Assembly (NCBI GenBank): GCA_964016885.1
Contig: OZ024753.1
Span: 16,244,001 to 16,308,000, forward strand
Reading direction: 5' to 3'
Source of the DNA: Eledone cirrhosa
Lineage: Eukaryota
Length of the DNA: 64,000 nucleotides
Shown: one piece after another, positions 39,047-55,500 of the stretch
How the letters are laid out: each line of letters opens with the position of its first letter
How positions within the stretch are numbered: position 1 is the stretch's first letter
Program-made: the position numbers and the translations under genes
Notes under the pieces: model-generated
The model's database searches: none
What the model saw: the letters and a program-made list of their open reading frames with translations, nothing else
Told to the model about the DNA's origin: nothing

Positions 39047-41334
39047 TACACACACACACACACAAATATATACACTAATCATTTACCACACACAGACACA
39101 CAAATATATACACTAATCATTTACCACACACACACACACAAATATATACACTAATCATTTACCACACACACACAAATATATACACTAATCATTTACCACA
39201 CACACACAAATATATACACTAATCATTTACCACACACATACAAATATATACACTAATCATTTACCACACACATACAAATATATACACTAATCATTTACCA
39301 CACACATACAAATATATACACTAATCATTTACCACACACACATACACACAAATATATACACTAATCATTTACCACACACATACAAATATATACACTAATC
39401 ATTTACCACACACACACAAATATATACACTAATCATTTACCACACACACACAAATATATACACTAATCATTTACCACACATACAAATATATACACTAATC
39501 ATTTACCACACACACACAAATATATATACTAATCATTTACCACACACACACAAATATATATACTAATCATTTACCACACACACACACAAATATATACACT
39601 AATCATTTACCACACACACACAAATATATACACTAATCATTTACCACACATAAATATATACACTAATCATTTACCACACACATACAAATATATACACTAA
39701 TCATTTACCACACATACACAAATATATACACTAATCATTTACCACAAACACACACACAAATATATACACTAATCATTTACCACACACACATACACACAAA
39801 TATATACACTAATCATTTACCACACACACACAAATATATACACTAATCATTTACCACACACATACAAATATATACACTAATCATTTACCACACATACACA
39901 AATATATACACTAATCATTTACCACACACATACAAATATATACACTAATCATTTACCACACACACACAAATATATACACTAATCATTTACCACACACACA
40001 CAAATATATACACTAATCATTTACCATACACACAAATATATACACTAATCATTTACCACACACATACAAATATATACACTAATCATTTACCACACACACA
40101 CAAATATATACACTAATCATTTACCACACACACATACACACAAATATATACACAAATCATTTACCACACACATACAAATATATACACTAATCATTTACCA
40201 CACATACACAAATATATACACTAATCATTTACCACACACACACACACAAATATATACACTAATCATTTACCACACACACACACAAATATATACACTAATC
40301 ATTTACCACACACACATACTCACAAATATATACACTAATCATTTACCACACACACACAAATATATACACTAATCAATTACCACACACATACAAATATATA
40401 CACTAATCATTTACCACACATACAAATATATACACTAATCATTTACCACACACAAATATATACACTAATCATTTACCACACACACACAAATATATACACT
40501 AATCATTTACCACACACACACACACACATATTTATACACTAATCATTTACCACACACACATACACACAAATATATACACTAATCATTTACCACACACACA
40601 CAAATATATACACTAATCATTTACCACACACATACAAATATATACACTAATCATTTACCACACATACACAAATATATACACTAATCATTTACCACACACA
40701 TACAAATATATACACTAATCATTTACCACACACACACAAATATATACACTAATCATTTACCACACACACACAAATATATACACTAATCATTTACCATACA
40801 CACAAATATATACACTAATCATTTACCACACACATACAAATATATACACTAATCATTTACCACACACACACAAATATATACACTAATCATTTACCACACA
40901 CATACAAATATATACACTAATCATTTACCACACATACACAAATATATACACTAATCATTTACCACACACACACAAATATATACACTAATCATTTACCACA
41001 CACACATACACACAAATATATACACTAATCATTTACCACACACATACAAACATATACACTAATCATTTACCACACACACACAAATATATACACTAATCAT
41101 TTACCACACATACAAATATATACACTAATCATTTACCACACATACACAAATATATACACTAATCATTTACCACACACAAATATATACACTAATCATTTAC
41201 CACACACACACAAATATATACACTAATCATTTACCACACACACACACAAATGTATACACTAACCATTTACCACACACATACATACACTAACCATTTACCA
41301 CACACACAGACAAATGTATACACTAACCATTTAC

Positions 41335-41373
<39 letters not shown>
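39047..41373. repeat. Minisatellite AAATATATACACTAATCATTTACC(AC)n, ~32-42-bp units
   Basis: Constant 24-bp core with a variable-length CA tract, ~65 copies. Confidence 0.96.
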
Positions 41374-41375
<2 letters not shown>

Positions 41376-41424
41376 CTACATGACAGTAGACAGTCATACA
41401 ATGTGCCCACACAGGTACACCTCA

Positions 41425-41600
41425 ATCAACAGGTTACATTGCTTGCAAGGATTCCCTTCACTCCCTGTTGCCATCCAATTCTATTCTTCAACATATTCAG
41501 CAGATCAGAGAGATTACAGTTGATGTCCTCACCAATCTGTTTGATATAGGATTTGGTTTGTTGTCCTCTGCTAGCCCTTCCTTGTGTAGGTCCTCACTAG
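41425..41600 (-). mobile_element. RTE-clade LINE ORF C-terminus (seed of the 94-bp array)
   Basis: Minus: GPTQGRASRGQQTKSYIKQIGEDINCNLSDLLNMLKNRIGWQQGVKGILASNVTC*, the same motif as HG...GRP..TYIKQLCED...WRER in 29200-29787. Confidence 0.7.
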
Positions 41601-42805
41601 AGAGGGATTACAGTTGATATCCTCACCAATCTGTTTGATACACGTCTTGGTTTGTTGTCCTCTGCTAGCCCTTCCTTGTGTAGGTCCTCACTAGAGAGGG
41701 ATTACAGTTGATGTCCTCACCAATCTGTTTGATACACGTCTTGGTTTGTTGTCCTCTGCTAGCCCTTCCTTGTGTAGGTCCTCACTAGAGAGGGATTACA
41801 GTTGATGTCCTCACCAATCTGTTTGATACACGTCTTGGTTTGTTGTGCTCTGCTAGCCCTTCCTTGTGTAGGTCCTCACTAGAGAGAGATTACAGTTGAT
41901 GTTCTCACCAATCTGTTTGATACACGTCTTGGTTTGTTGTGCTCTGCTAGCCCTTCCTTGTGTAGGTCCTCACTAGAGAGAGATTACAGTTGATGTCCTC
42001 ACCAATCTGTTTGATACATATCTTGGTTTGTTGTCCTCTGCCAGCCCTTCCTTGTGTAGGTCCTCACTAGAGAGAGATTACAGTTGATGTCCTCACCAAT
42101 CTGTTTGATACATATCTTGGTTTGTTGTCCTCTGCTATCCCTTCCTTGTGTAGGTCCTCACTAGAGAGGGATTACAGTTGATGTCCTCACCAATCTGTTT
42201 GATACACGTCTTGGTTTGTTGTGCTCTGCTAGCCCTTCCTTGTGTAGGTCCTCACTAGAGAGAGATTACAGTTGATGTTCTCACCAATCTGTTTGATACA
42301 CGTCTTGGTTTGTTGTGCTCTGCTAGCCCTTCCTTGTGTAGGTCCTCACTAGAGAGAGATTACAGTTGATGTCCTCACCAATCTGTTTGATACATATCTT
42401 GGTTTGTTGTCCTCTGCCAGCCCTTCCTTGTGTAGGTCCTCACTAGAGAGAGATTACAGTTGATGTCCTCACCAATCTGTTTGATATAGGACTTGGTTTG
42501 TTGTCCTCTGCTAGCCCTTCCTTGTGTAGGTCCTCACTAGAGAGAGATTACAGTTGATGTCCTCACCAATCGGTTTGATACACGTCTTGGTTTGTTGTCC
42601 TCTGCTAGCCCTTCCTTGTGTAGGTCCTCACTAAAGAGAGATTACAGTTGATGTCCTCACCAATCTGTTTGATACATATCTTGGTTTGTTGTCCTCTGCC
42701 AGCCCTTCCTTGTGTAGGTCCTCACTAGAGAGAGATTACAGTTGATGTCCTCACCAATCTGTTTGATACATATCTTGGTTTGTTGTGCTCTGCTAGCCCT
42801 TCCTT
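41508..42805. repeat. 94-bp tandem repeat, ~14 copies
   Basis: TTACAGTTGAT recurs at 41514, 41608, 41702 and onward. Confidence 0.96.
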
Positions 42806-43504
42806 AATGACACACATGTACAGAACATATTCTAGCATCTCATTTCCCTTGACAGATCAAAACACACACACACACACGTGCCCACACACACACATGTGCC
42901 CACACACAGATACATACACACGTGCCCAAAAACACACAAACATACACACACACACACAAAACTTGTAAATGGTTCTATTTATCTCACCCAGTTATATCCA
43001 TCTTTCCTCAGCAAATGAACTAACCATCTAATTCCATTTCTGTGCACAACATTTATCACAAACTCTAAACCTCTCACTCAGTCATTTTCATCTTTCATCC
43101 ACACTGGGCCCAGCCATATCATTCCATTTCTCTGTCTGTCTTTCTGTCTCTACTTATCTATCTACCTATCTAAATGTCTGTCTGTCTGTATCACTGTGTA
43201 TATATGTGTGCATGTGTTGGTTTATTGGCACCAACAAAAAGGTGTGAAGTTATAGAATATAAAATAGCAACAATGAGATACTATCTAGGAAAATACAACA
43301 TCTTCAGATCTTCAGATATTTAGAAACTGTGCAAGAAAGAAAAAAACAAGCAGATCATTAAAATGTGATAAAAGAATAATTTACAAACATTGAGTTTAGC
43401 ACTTGGTGACATTTCTGTGACTGTTGAGTTAGATGATGTTTAAATAGATTTTCAGCAGGAATATAACAAAATTGAATAAAATCTAAATGACAATATAAAC
43501 TTTC

Positions 43505-46500
43505 AAACAACAGCAGTAATGACTACAACACTAACAACAGCAGTAATGACTACAACACTAACAACAGCAGTAATGACTACAACACTAACAACAGCAGTAA
43601 TGACTACAACACTAACAACAGCAGTAATGACTACAACACTAACAACAGCAGTAATGCCTACAACACTAACAACAGCAGTAATGACTACAACACTAACAAC
43701 AGCAGTAATGACTACAACACTAACAACAGCCGTAATGACTACAACACTAACAACAGCAGTAATGACTACAACACTAACAACAGCAGTAATGACTACAACA
43801 CTAACAACAGCAGTAATGACTACAACACTAACAACAGCAGTAATGACTACAACACTAACAACAGCAGTAATGACTACAACACTAACAACAGCGCTAATGA
43901 CTACAACACTAACAACAGCCGTAATGACTACAACACTAACAACAGCCGTAATGACTACAACATTAACAACAGCCGTAATGACTACAACACTAACAACAGC
44001 AGTAATGACTACAACACTAACAACAGCGCTAATGACTACAACACTAACAACAGCCGTAATGACTACAACACTAACAACAGCGGTAATGACTACAACACTA
44101 ACAACAGCCGTAATGACTACAACACTAACAACAGCCGTAATGACTACAACACTAACAACAGCAGTAATGACTACAACACTAACAACAGCCGTAATGACTA
44201 CAACACTAACAACAGCAGTAATGACTACAACACTAACAACAGCAGTAATGACTACAACACTAACAACAGCAGTAATGACTACAACACTAACAACAGCAGG
44301 AATGACTACAACACTAACAACAGCAGTAATGACTACAACACTAACAACAGCAGTAATGACTACAACACTAACAACAGCAATAATGACTACAACCCTAACA
44401 ACAGCAGTAATGACTAGAACACTAACAACAGCAGTAATGACTAGAACACTAACAACAGCAGTAATGACTACAACACTAACAACAGCCGTAATGACTACGA
44501 CACTAACAACAGCAGTAATGACTACAACACTAACAACAGCCGTAATGACTACAACACTAACAACAGCAGTAATGACTACAACACTAACAACAGCAGTAAT
44601 GACTACAACACTAACAACAGCAGTAATGACTACAACGCTAACAACAGTAGTAATGACTACAACACTAACAACAGCAGTAATGACTACAACACTAACAACA
44701 GCAGTAATGACTACAACACTAACAACAGCAATAATGACTACAACACTAACAACAGCAATAATGACTACAACACTAACAACAGCAGTAATGACTACAACAC
44801 TAACAACAGCAATAATGACTACAACACTAACAACAGCAGTAATGACTACAACACTAACAACAGCAGTAATGACTACAACACTAACAACAGCAGTAATGAC
44901 TTCAACACTAACAACAGCAGTAATGACTACAACACTAACAACACCAGTAATGACTACAACACTAACAACAGCAGTAATGACTACAACACTAACAACAGCA
45001 GTAATGACTACAACACTAACAACAGCAGTAATGACTTCAACACTAACAACAGCAGTAATGACTACAACACTAACAACAGCAGTAATGACTACAACACTAA
45101 CAGCAGCAGTAATGACTTCAACACTAACAACAGCAGTAATGACTACAACACTAACAACACCAGTAATGAATTCAACACTAACAACAGCAGTAATGACTAC
45201 AACACTAACAACACCAGTAATGACTACAACACTAACAACAGCAGTAATGACTACAACACTAACAACAGCAATAATGACTACAACACTAACAACAGCAATA
45301 ATGACTACAACACTAACAACAGCAGTAATGACTACAACACTAACAACAGCAGTAATGACTACGACACTAACAACAGCAGTAATGACTACAACACTAACAA
45401 CAGCAGTAATGACAACAACACTAACAACAGCAATAATGACTACAACACTAATAACAGCAGTAATGACTACAACACTAACAACAGCAGTAATGACTACAAC
45501 ACTAACAACAGCAATAATGACTACAACACTAACAACAGCAGCAATGACTACAACACTAACAACAGCAGTAATGACTACAACACTAAGAACAGCAGTAATG
45601 ACTACAACACTAACAACAGCAGTAATGACTACAACACTAACAACAGCAATAATGACTACAACACTAATAACAGCAGTAATGACTACAACACTAACAACAG
45701 CAGTAATGACTACAACACTAACAACAGCAATAATGACTACAACACTAACAACAGCAGCAATGACTACAACACTAACAACAGCAGTAATGACTACAACACT
45801 AAGAACAGCAGTAATGACTACAACACTAACAACAGCAGCAATGACTACAACACTAACAACAGCAATAATGTCTACAACACTAACAACAGCTGTAATGACT
45901 ACAACACTAACAACAGCAATAATGTCTACAACAATAACAACAGCAGTAATGACTACAACACTAACAACAGCAGTAATGACTACAACACTAACAACAGCTG
46001 TAATGACTACAACACTAACAACAGCAATAGTGACTACAACACTAACAACAGCAGTAATGACTACAGCACTAACAACAGCAGTAATGACTACAACACTAAC
46101 AACAGCAATAATGACTACAACACTAACAACAGCAGTAATGACTACAACACTAATAACAGCAATAATGACTACAACACTAACAACAGCAGTAATGACTACA
46201 ACACTAACAACAGCAGTAATGACTACAACACTAACAACAGCAATAATGACTACAACACTAACAACAGCAGTAATGACTACAACACTAACAACAGCAGTAA
46301 TGACTACAACACTAACAACAGCAGTAATGACTTCAACACTGACAACAGCAGTAATGACTACAACACTAACAACAGCAATAATGACTACAACCCTAACAAC
46401 AGCAGTAATGACTAGAACACTAACAACAGCAGTAATGACTAGAACACTAACAACAGCAGTAATGACTACAACCCTAACAACAGCAGTAATGACTACAACA

Positions 46501-49500
46501 CTAACAACAGCAATAATGACTACAACACTAACAACAGCAGTAATGACTACAACACTAACAACAGCAGTAATGACTACAACACTAACAACAGCAATAATGA
46601 CTACAACACTAACAACAGCAGTAATGACTACAACACTAACAACAGCAATAATGACTACAACACTAACAACAGCAATAATGACTACAACACTTACAACAGC
46701 AATAATGACTACAACACTAACAACAGCAGTAATGACTACAACACTAACAACAGCAGTAATGACTACAACACTAACAACAGCAATAATGACTACAACACTA
46801 ACAACAGCAATAATGACTACAACACTAACAACAGCAGTAATGACAACAACACTAACAACAGCAATAATGACTACAACACTAATAACAGCAGTAATGACTA
46901 CAACACTGACAACAGCAGTAATGACTACAACACTAACAACAGCAGTAATGACTACAACACTAACAACAGCAGTAATGACTACACTAACAACAGCAATAAT
47001 GACTACAACACTAACAACAGCAGTAATCACTACACTAACAACAGCAATAATGACTACAACACTAACAACAGCAATAATGACTACAACACTAACAACAGCA
47101 GTAATGACTACAACACTAACAACAGCAGTAATGACTTCAACACTGACAACAGCAGTAATGACTACAACACTAACAACAGCAGTAATGACTACAACACTAA
47201 CAACAGCAATAATGACTACAACACTAACAACAGCAGTAATGACTAGAACACTAACAACAGCAGTAATGACTACAACACTAACAACAGCAGTAATGACTAC
47301 AACACTAACAACAGCAATAATGACTACAACACTAACAACAGCAATAATGACTACAACACTAACAACAGCAGTAATGACTACAACACTAACAACAGCAGTA
47401 ATGACTACAACACTAACAACAGCAGTAATGACTACGACACTAACAACAGCAGTAATGACTACGACACTAACAACAGCAGTAATGACTACAACACTAACAA
47501 CAGCAGTAATGACTACAACACTAACAACAGCAGTAATGACTACAACACTAACAACAGCAATAATGACTACAACACTAATAACAGCAGTAATGACTACAAC
47601 ACTAACAACAGCAGTAATGACTACACTAACAACAGCAATAATGACTACAACACTAACAACAGCAGTAATGACTACACTAACAACAGCAATAATGACTACA
47701 ACACTAACAACAGCAATAATGACTACAACACTAACAACAGCAATAATGACTACAACACTAACAACAGCAGTAATGACTACAACACTAACAACAGCAGTAA
47801 TGACTACAACACTAACAACAGCAGTAATGACTACACTAACAACAGCAATAATGACTACAACACTAACAACAGCAGTAATGACTACAACACTAACAACAGC
47901 AGTAATTACTACAACACTAACAACAGCAATAATGACTACAACACTAACAACAGCAGTAATGACTACAACACTAACAACAGCGGTAATGACTACAACACTA
48001 ACAACAGCAGTAATGACTACAACACTAACAACAGCAGTAATGACTACAACACTAACAACAGCAGTAATGACTACAACACTAACAACAGCAGTAATGACTA
48101 CAACACTAACAACAGCAGTAATGACTACAACACTACCAAGAGCAGTAATGACTACAACACTAACAACAGCAATAATGACTACAACACTAACAACAGCAGT
48201 AATGACTACAACACTAACAACAGCAGTAATGACTACAACACTAACAACAGCAGTAATGACTACAACACTAACAACAGCAGTAATGACTACAACACTAACA
48301 ACAGCAGTAATGACTACAACACTAACAACAGCAGTAATGACTACAACACTAACAACAGCAGTAATGACTACAACACTACCAAGAGCAGTAATGACTACAA
48401 CACTAACAACAGCAGTAATGACTACAACACTAACAACAGCAGTAATGACTACAACACTACCAAGAGCAGTAATGACTACAACACTAACAACAGCAATAAT
48501 GACTACAACACTAACAACAGCAGTAATGACTACAACACTAACAACAGCAATAATGACTACAACACTAACAACAGCAGTAATGACTACAACACTAACAACA
48601 GCAGTAATGACTACAACACTAACAACAGCAGTAATGACTACAACACTAACAACAGCAGTAATGACTACAACACTAACAACAGCAGTAATGACTACAACAC
48701 TAACAACAGCAATAATGACTACAACACTAACAACAGCAGTAATGACTACAACACTAACAACAGCAATAATGACTACAACACTAACAACAGCAGTAATGAC
48801 TACAACACTAACAACAGCAATAATGACTACAACACTAACAACAGCAGTAATGACTACAACACTAACAACAGCAATGATGACTACAACACTAATAACAGCA
48901 GTAATGACTACAACACTAACAACAGCAGTAATGACTACAACACTAACAACAGCAATAATGACTACAACACTAACAACAGCAGTAATGACTACCACACTAA
49001 CAACAGCAATGATGACTACAACACTAACAACAGCAGTAAAGACTACAACACTAACAACAGCAGTAATGACTACAACACTAACAACAGCCGTAATGACTAC
49101 AACACTAACAACAGCAGTAATGACTACAACACTAACAACAGCAGTAATGACTACACTAACAACAGCAATAATGACTACAACACTAACAACAGCAGTAATG
49201 ACTACAACACTAACAACAGCAATAATGACTACAACACTAACAACAGCAGTAATAACTACAACACTAACAGCAGCAGTAATGACTACAACACTGACAACAG
49301 CAGTAATGACTACAACACTAACAACAGCAGTAATGACTACAACACTAACAACAGCAGTAATGACTACAACACTAACAACAGCGGTAATGACTACAACACT
49401 GACAGCAGCAGTAATGACTACAACACTAACAACAGCAGTAATGACTACAACACTAACAGCAGCAGTAATGACTACAACACTAACAACAGCAGTAATGACT

Positions 49501-52500
49501 ACAACACTAACAGCAGCAGTAATGACTACAACACTAACAACAGCAGCAATAAGGACTACAACACTGACAACATCAGTAATGACTACAACACTAACAACAG
49601 CAATAAGGACTACAACAATAACAACAGCAGTAATGACTACAACACTAACAACAGCAGTAATGACTACAACACTAACAACAGCAGTAATGACTACAACACT
49701 AACAACAGCAGTAATGACTACAACACTAACAACAGCAATAATGACTACAACACTAACAACAGCAATAATGACTACAACACTAACAACAGCAGTAATGACT
49801 ACAACACTAACAGCAGCAGTAATGACTACAACACTAACAACAGCAGTAATGACTACAACACTAACAACAGCAGTAATGACTACAACACTGACAACAGCAG
49901 TAATGACTACAACACTAACAACAGCAGTAATGACTACAACACTAACAACAGCAATAAGGACTACAACACTAACAACAGCAGTAATGACTACAACACTAAC
50001 AACAGCAGTAATTACTACAACACTAACAACAGCAGTAATGACTACAACACTAACAACAGCAGTAATGACTACAACACTAATAACAGCAGTAATGACTACA
50101 ACACTAACAACAGCAGTAATGACAACAACACTAACAACAGCAGTAATGACTACAACACTAACAACAGCAGTAATGACTACAACACTAACAACAGCAGTAA
50201 TGACTACAACACTAACAACAGCAGGAATGACTACAACACTAACAACAGCAATAATGACTACAACACTAACAACAGCAGTAATGACTACAACACTAACAAC
50301 AGCAGTAATGACTACAACACTAACAACAGCAGTAATGACTACAACACTAACAACAGCAGTAATGACTACACTAACAACAGCAGTAATGACTACAACACTA
50401 ACAACAGCAGTAATGACTACAACACTAATAACAGCAGTAATGACTACAACACTAACAACAGCAGTAATGACTACACTAACAACAGCAATAATGACTACAA
50501 CACTAACAACAGCAGTAATGACTACACTAACAACAGCAATAATGACTACAACACTAACAACAGCAATAATGACTACAACACTAACAACAGCAATAATGAC
50601 TACAACACTAACAACAGCAGTAATGACTACAACACTAACAACAGCAGTAATGACTACAACACTAACAACAGCAGTAATGACTACACTAACAACAGCAGTA
50701 ATGACTACACTAACAACAGCAATAATGACTACAACACTAACAACAGCAGTAATGACTACAACACTAACAACAGCAGTAATGACTACAACACTAACAACAG
50801 CAGTAATGACTACAACACTAACAACAGCAATAATGACTACAACACTAACAACAGCAGTAATGACTACAACACTAACAACAGCAGTAATGACTACAACACT
50901 AACAACAGCAGTAATGACTACACTAACAACAGCAGTAATGACTACACTAACAACAGCAATAATGACTACAACACTAACAACAGCAGTAATGACTACACTA
51001 ACAACAGCAATAATGACTACAACACTAACAACAGCAATAATGACTACAACACTAACAACAGCAATAATGACTACAACACTAACAACAGCAGTAATGACTA
51101 CAACACTAACAACAGCAGTAATGACTACAACACTAACAACAGCAGTAATGACTACAACACTAACAACAGCAGTAATGACTACAACACTAACAACAGCAGT
51201 AATGACTACAACACTAACAACAGCAGTAATGACTACAACACTAACAACAGCAGTAATGACTACAACACTAACAACAGCAGTAATGACTACAACACTAACA
51301 ACAGCAGTAATGACTACAACACTAACAACAGCAGTAATGACTACAACACTAACAACAGCAGTAATGACTACAACACTAACAACAGCAGTAATGACTACAA
51401 CAATAACAACAGCAGTAATGACTACAACACTAACAACAGCAGTAATGACTACAACACTAACAACAGCAATAATGACTACAACACTAACAACAGCAATAAT
51501 GACTACAACACTAACAGCAGCAGTAATGACTACAACACTAACAACAGCAATAATGACTACAACACTAACAACAGCAGTAATGACTACAACACTAACAACA
51601 GCAGTAATGACTACGACACTAACAACAGCAGTAATGACTACAACACTAACAACAGCAGTAATGACTACAACACTAACAACAGCAGTAATGACTACAACAC
51701 TAACAACAGCAATGACTACAACACTAACAACAGCAGTAATGACTACAACACTAACAACAGCAATAATGACTACAACACTAACAACAGCAGTAATGACTAC
51801 AACACTAACAACAGCAATAATGACTACAACACTAACGACAGCAGTAATGACTACAACACTAACAACAGCAATAATGACTACAACACTAACAACAGCAGTA
51901 ATGACTACAGCACTAACAACAGCAATAATGACTACAACAGTAACAACAGCAGTAATGACTACAACACTAACAACAGCCGTAATGACTACAACACTAACAA
52001 CAGCAGTAATGACTACAACACTGACAACAGCAGTAATGACTACAACACTAACAACAGCAGTGATTGCTACAACACTAACAACAGCAGTAATGACTACACT
52101 AACAACAGCAGTAATGACTACAACACTAACAACAGCAGTAATGACTACACTAACAACAGCAGTAATGACTACACTAACAACAGCAATAATGACTACAACA
52201 CTAACAACAGCAGTGATTGCTACAACACTAACAACAGCAGTAATGACTACAACACTAACAACAGCGGTAATGACTACAACACTAACAACAGCAGTGATTG
52301 CTACAACAATAACAACAGCAGTAATGACTACAACACTAACAACAGCAGTGATTGCTACAACACTAACAACAGCAGTAATGACTACACTAACAACAGCAGT
52401 AATGACTACAACACTAACAACAGCAGTGATTGCTACAACACTAACAACAGCAGTAATGACTACAACACTAACAACAGCGGTAATGACTACAACACTAACA

Positions 52501-55500
52501 ACAGCAGTGATTGCTACAACAATAACAACAGCAGTAATGACTACAACACTAACAACAGCAGTAATGACTACAACACTAACAACAGCAATAATGACTACAA
52601 CACTACCAACAGCAGTAATGACTACAACACTAACAACAGCAGTAATGACTACAACACTAACAACAGCAGTGATTGCTACAACACTAACAACAGCAGTAAT
52701 GACTACAACACTAACAACAGCAGTAATGACTACAACACTAACAACAGCAGTAATGACTACAACACTAACAACAGCAGTAATGACTACAACACTAACAACA
52801 GCAGTAATGACTACAACACTAACAACAGCAATAATGACTACAACACTAACAACAGCAGTAATGACTACAACACTAACAACAGCAGTAATGACTACGACAC
52901 TAACAACAGCAGTAATGACTACAACACTAACAACAGCAGTAATGACTACAACACTAACAACAGCAGTAATGACTACAACACTAACAACAGCAGTGATTGC
53001 TACAACACTAACAACAGCAGTAATGACTACAACACTAACAACAGCGGTAATGACTACAACACTAACAACAGCAGTGATTGCTACAACAATAACAACAGCA
53101 GTAATGACTACAACACTAACAACAGCAGTAATGACTACAACACTAACAACAGCAGTAATGACTACAACACTAACAACAGCAGTAATGACTACAACACTAA
53201 CAACAGCAGTGATTGCTACAACACTAACAACAGCAGTAATGACTACAACACTAACAACAACAATAATGACTACAACACTAACAACAGCAGTAATGACTAC
53301 AACACTAACAACAGCAGTAATGACTACAACACTAACAACAGCAGTAATGACTACAACACTAACAACAGCAGTGATTGCTACAACAATAACAACAGCAGTA
53401 ATGACTACAACACTAACAACAGCAGTGATTGCTACAACACTAACAACAGCAGTAATGACTACAACACTAACAACAGCAGTAATGACTACAACACTAACAA
53501 CAGCAGTAATGATTACAACACTAACAACAGCAGTGATTGCTACAACAATAACAACAGCAGTAATGACTACAACACTAACAACAGCAGTAATGACTACAAC
53601 ACTAACAACAGCAGTAATGATTACAACACTAACAACAGCGGTAATGACTACAACACTAACAACAGCCGTAATGACTACAACACTACCAAGAGCAGTAATG
53701 ACTACAACACTAACAACAGCAGTAATGACTACAACACTACCAAGAGCAGTAATGACTACAACACTACCAAGAGCAGTAATGACTACAACACTACCAAGAG
53801 CAGTAATGACTACAACACTAACAACAGCAGTAATGACTACAACACTAACAACAGCAATAATGACTACAACACTAACAACAGCAGTAATGACTACAACACT
53901 AACAACAGCAATAATGACTGCAACACTAACAACAGCAGTAATGACTACACTAACAACAGCAGTAATGTCTACAACACTAACAACAGCAGTAATGACTACA
54001 ACACTAACAACAGCAGTAATGACTACAACACTAAGAACAGCAGTAATGACTACAACACTAACAACAGCAATAATGACTACAACACTAACAACAGCAGTAA
54101 TGACTACAACACTAACAACAGCAATAATGACTACAACACTAACAACAGCGGTAATGACTACAACACTAACAACAGCAGTGATTGCTACAACAATAACAAC
54201 AGCAATAATGACTACAACACTAAGAACAGCAGTGATTGCTACAACAATAACAACAGCAATAATGTCTACAACACTAACAACAGCAGTAATGACTACAACA
54301 CTAACAACAGCAATAATGACTACAACACTAAGAACAGCAGTAATGACTACAACACTAACAACAGCAATAATGACTACAACACTAAGAACAGCAGTAATGA
54401 CTACAACACTAACAACAGCGGTAATGACTACAACACTAAGAACAGCAGTAATGACTACAACACTAACAACATCAATAATGACTACAACACTAACAACAGC
54501 AGTAATGACTTCAACACTAACAACAGCAGTAATGTCTACAACACTAACAACAGCAGTAATGACTACAACACTAACAACAGCAATAATGACTACAACACTA
54601 AGAACAGCAGTAATGACTACAACACTAACAACAGCGGTAATGACTACAACACTAAGAACAGCAGTAATGACTACAACACTAACAACATCAATAATGACTA
54701 CAACACTAACAACAGCAGTAATGACTACAACACTAACAACAGCAGTAATGTCTACAACACTGACAACAGCAGTAATGACTACAACACTAACAACAGCAAT
54801 AATGACTACAACACTAACAACAGCAATAATGACTACAACACTAACAACAGCAGTAATGACTACAACACTAACAACAGCAGTAATGACTACAACACTAACA
54901 ACAGCGGTAATGACTACAACACTAAGAACAGCAGTAATGACTACAACACTAACAACAGCAGTAATGTCTACAACACTAACAACAGCAGTAATGTCTACAA
55001 CACTAACAACAGCAGTAATGACTACACTAACAACAGCAGTAATGACTACAACACTAACAACAGCAGTAATGACTACACTAACAACAGCAGTAATGACTAC
55101 AACACTAACAACAGCAATAATGACTACAACACTAACAACAGCAGTAATGACTACAACACTAACAACAGCCGTAATGACTACAACACTAACAACAGCAGCA
55201 GTAATGACTACAACACTAACAACAGCAATAATGACTACAACACTAACAACAGCAATAATGACTACAACACTAACAACAGCAATAATGACTACAACACTAA
55301 CAACAGCAGTAATGACTACAACACTAATAACAGCAGTAATGACTACAACACTAACAACAGCAGTAATGACTACAACACTACCAACAGCAGTAATGACTAC
55401 AACACTAACAACAGCAGTAATGACTACAACACTAACAACAGCAGTAATGACTACACTAACAACAGCAATTATGACTACAACACTAACAACAGCAATAATG

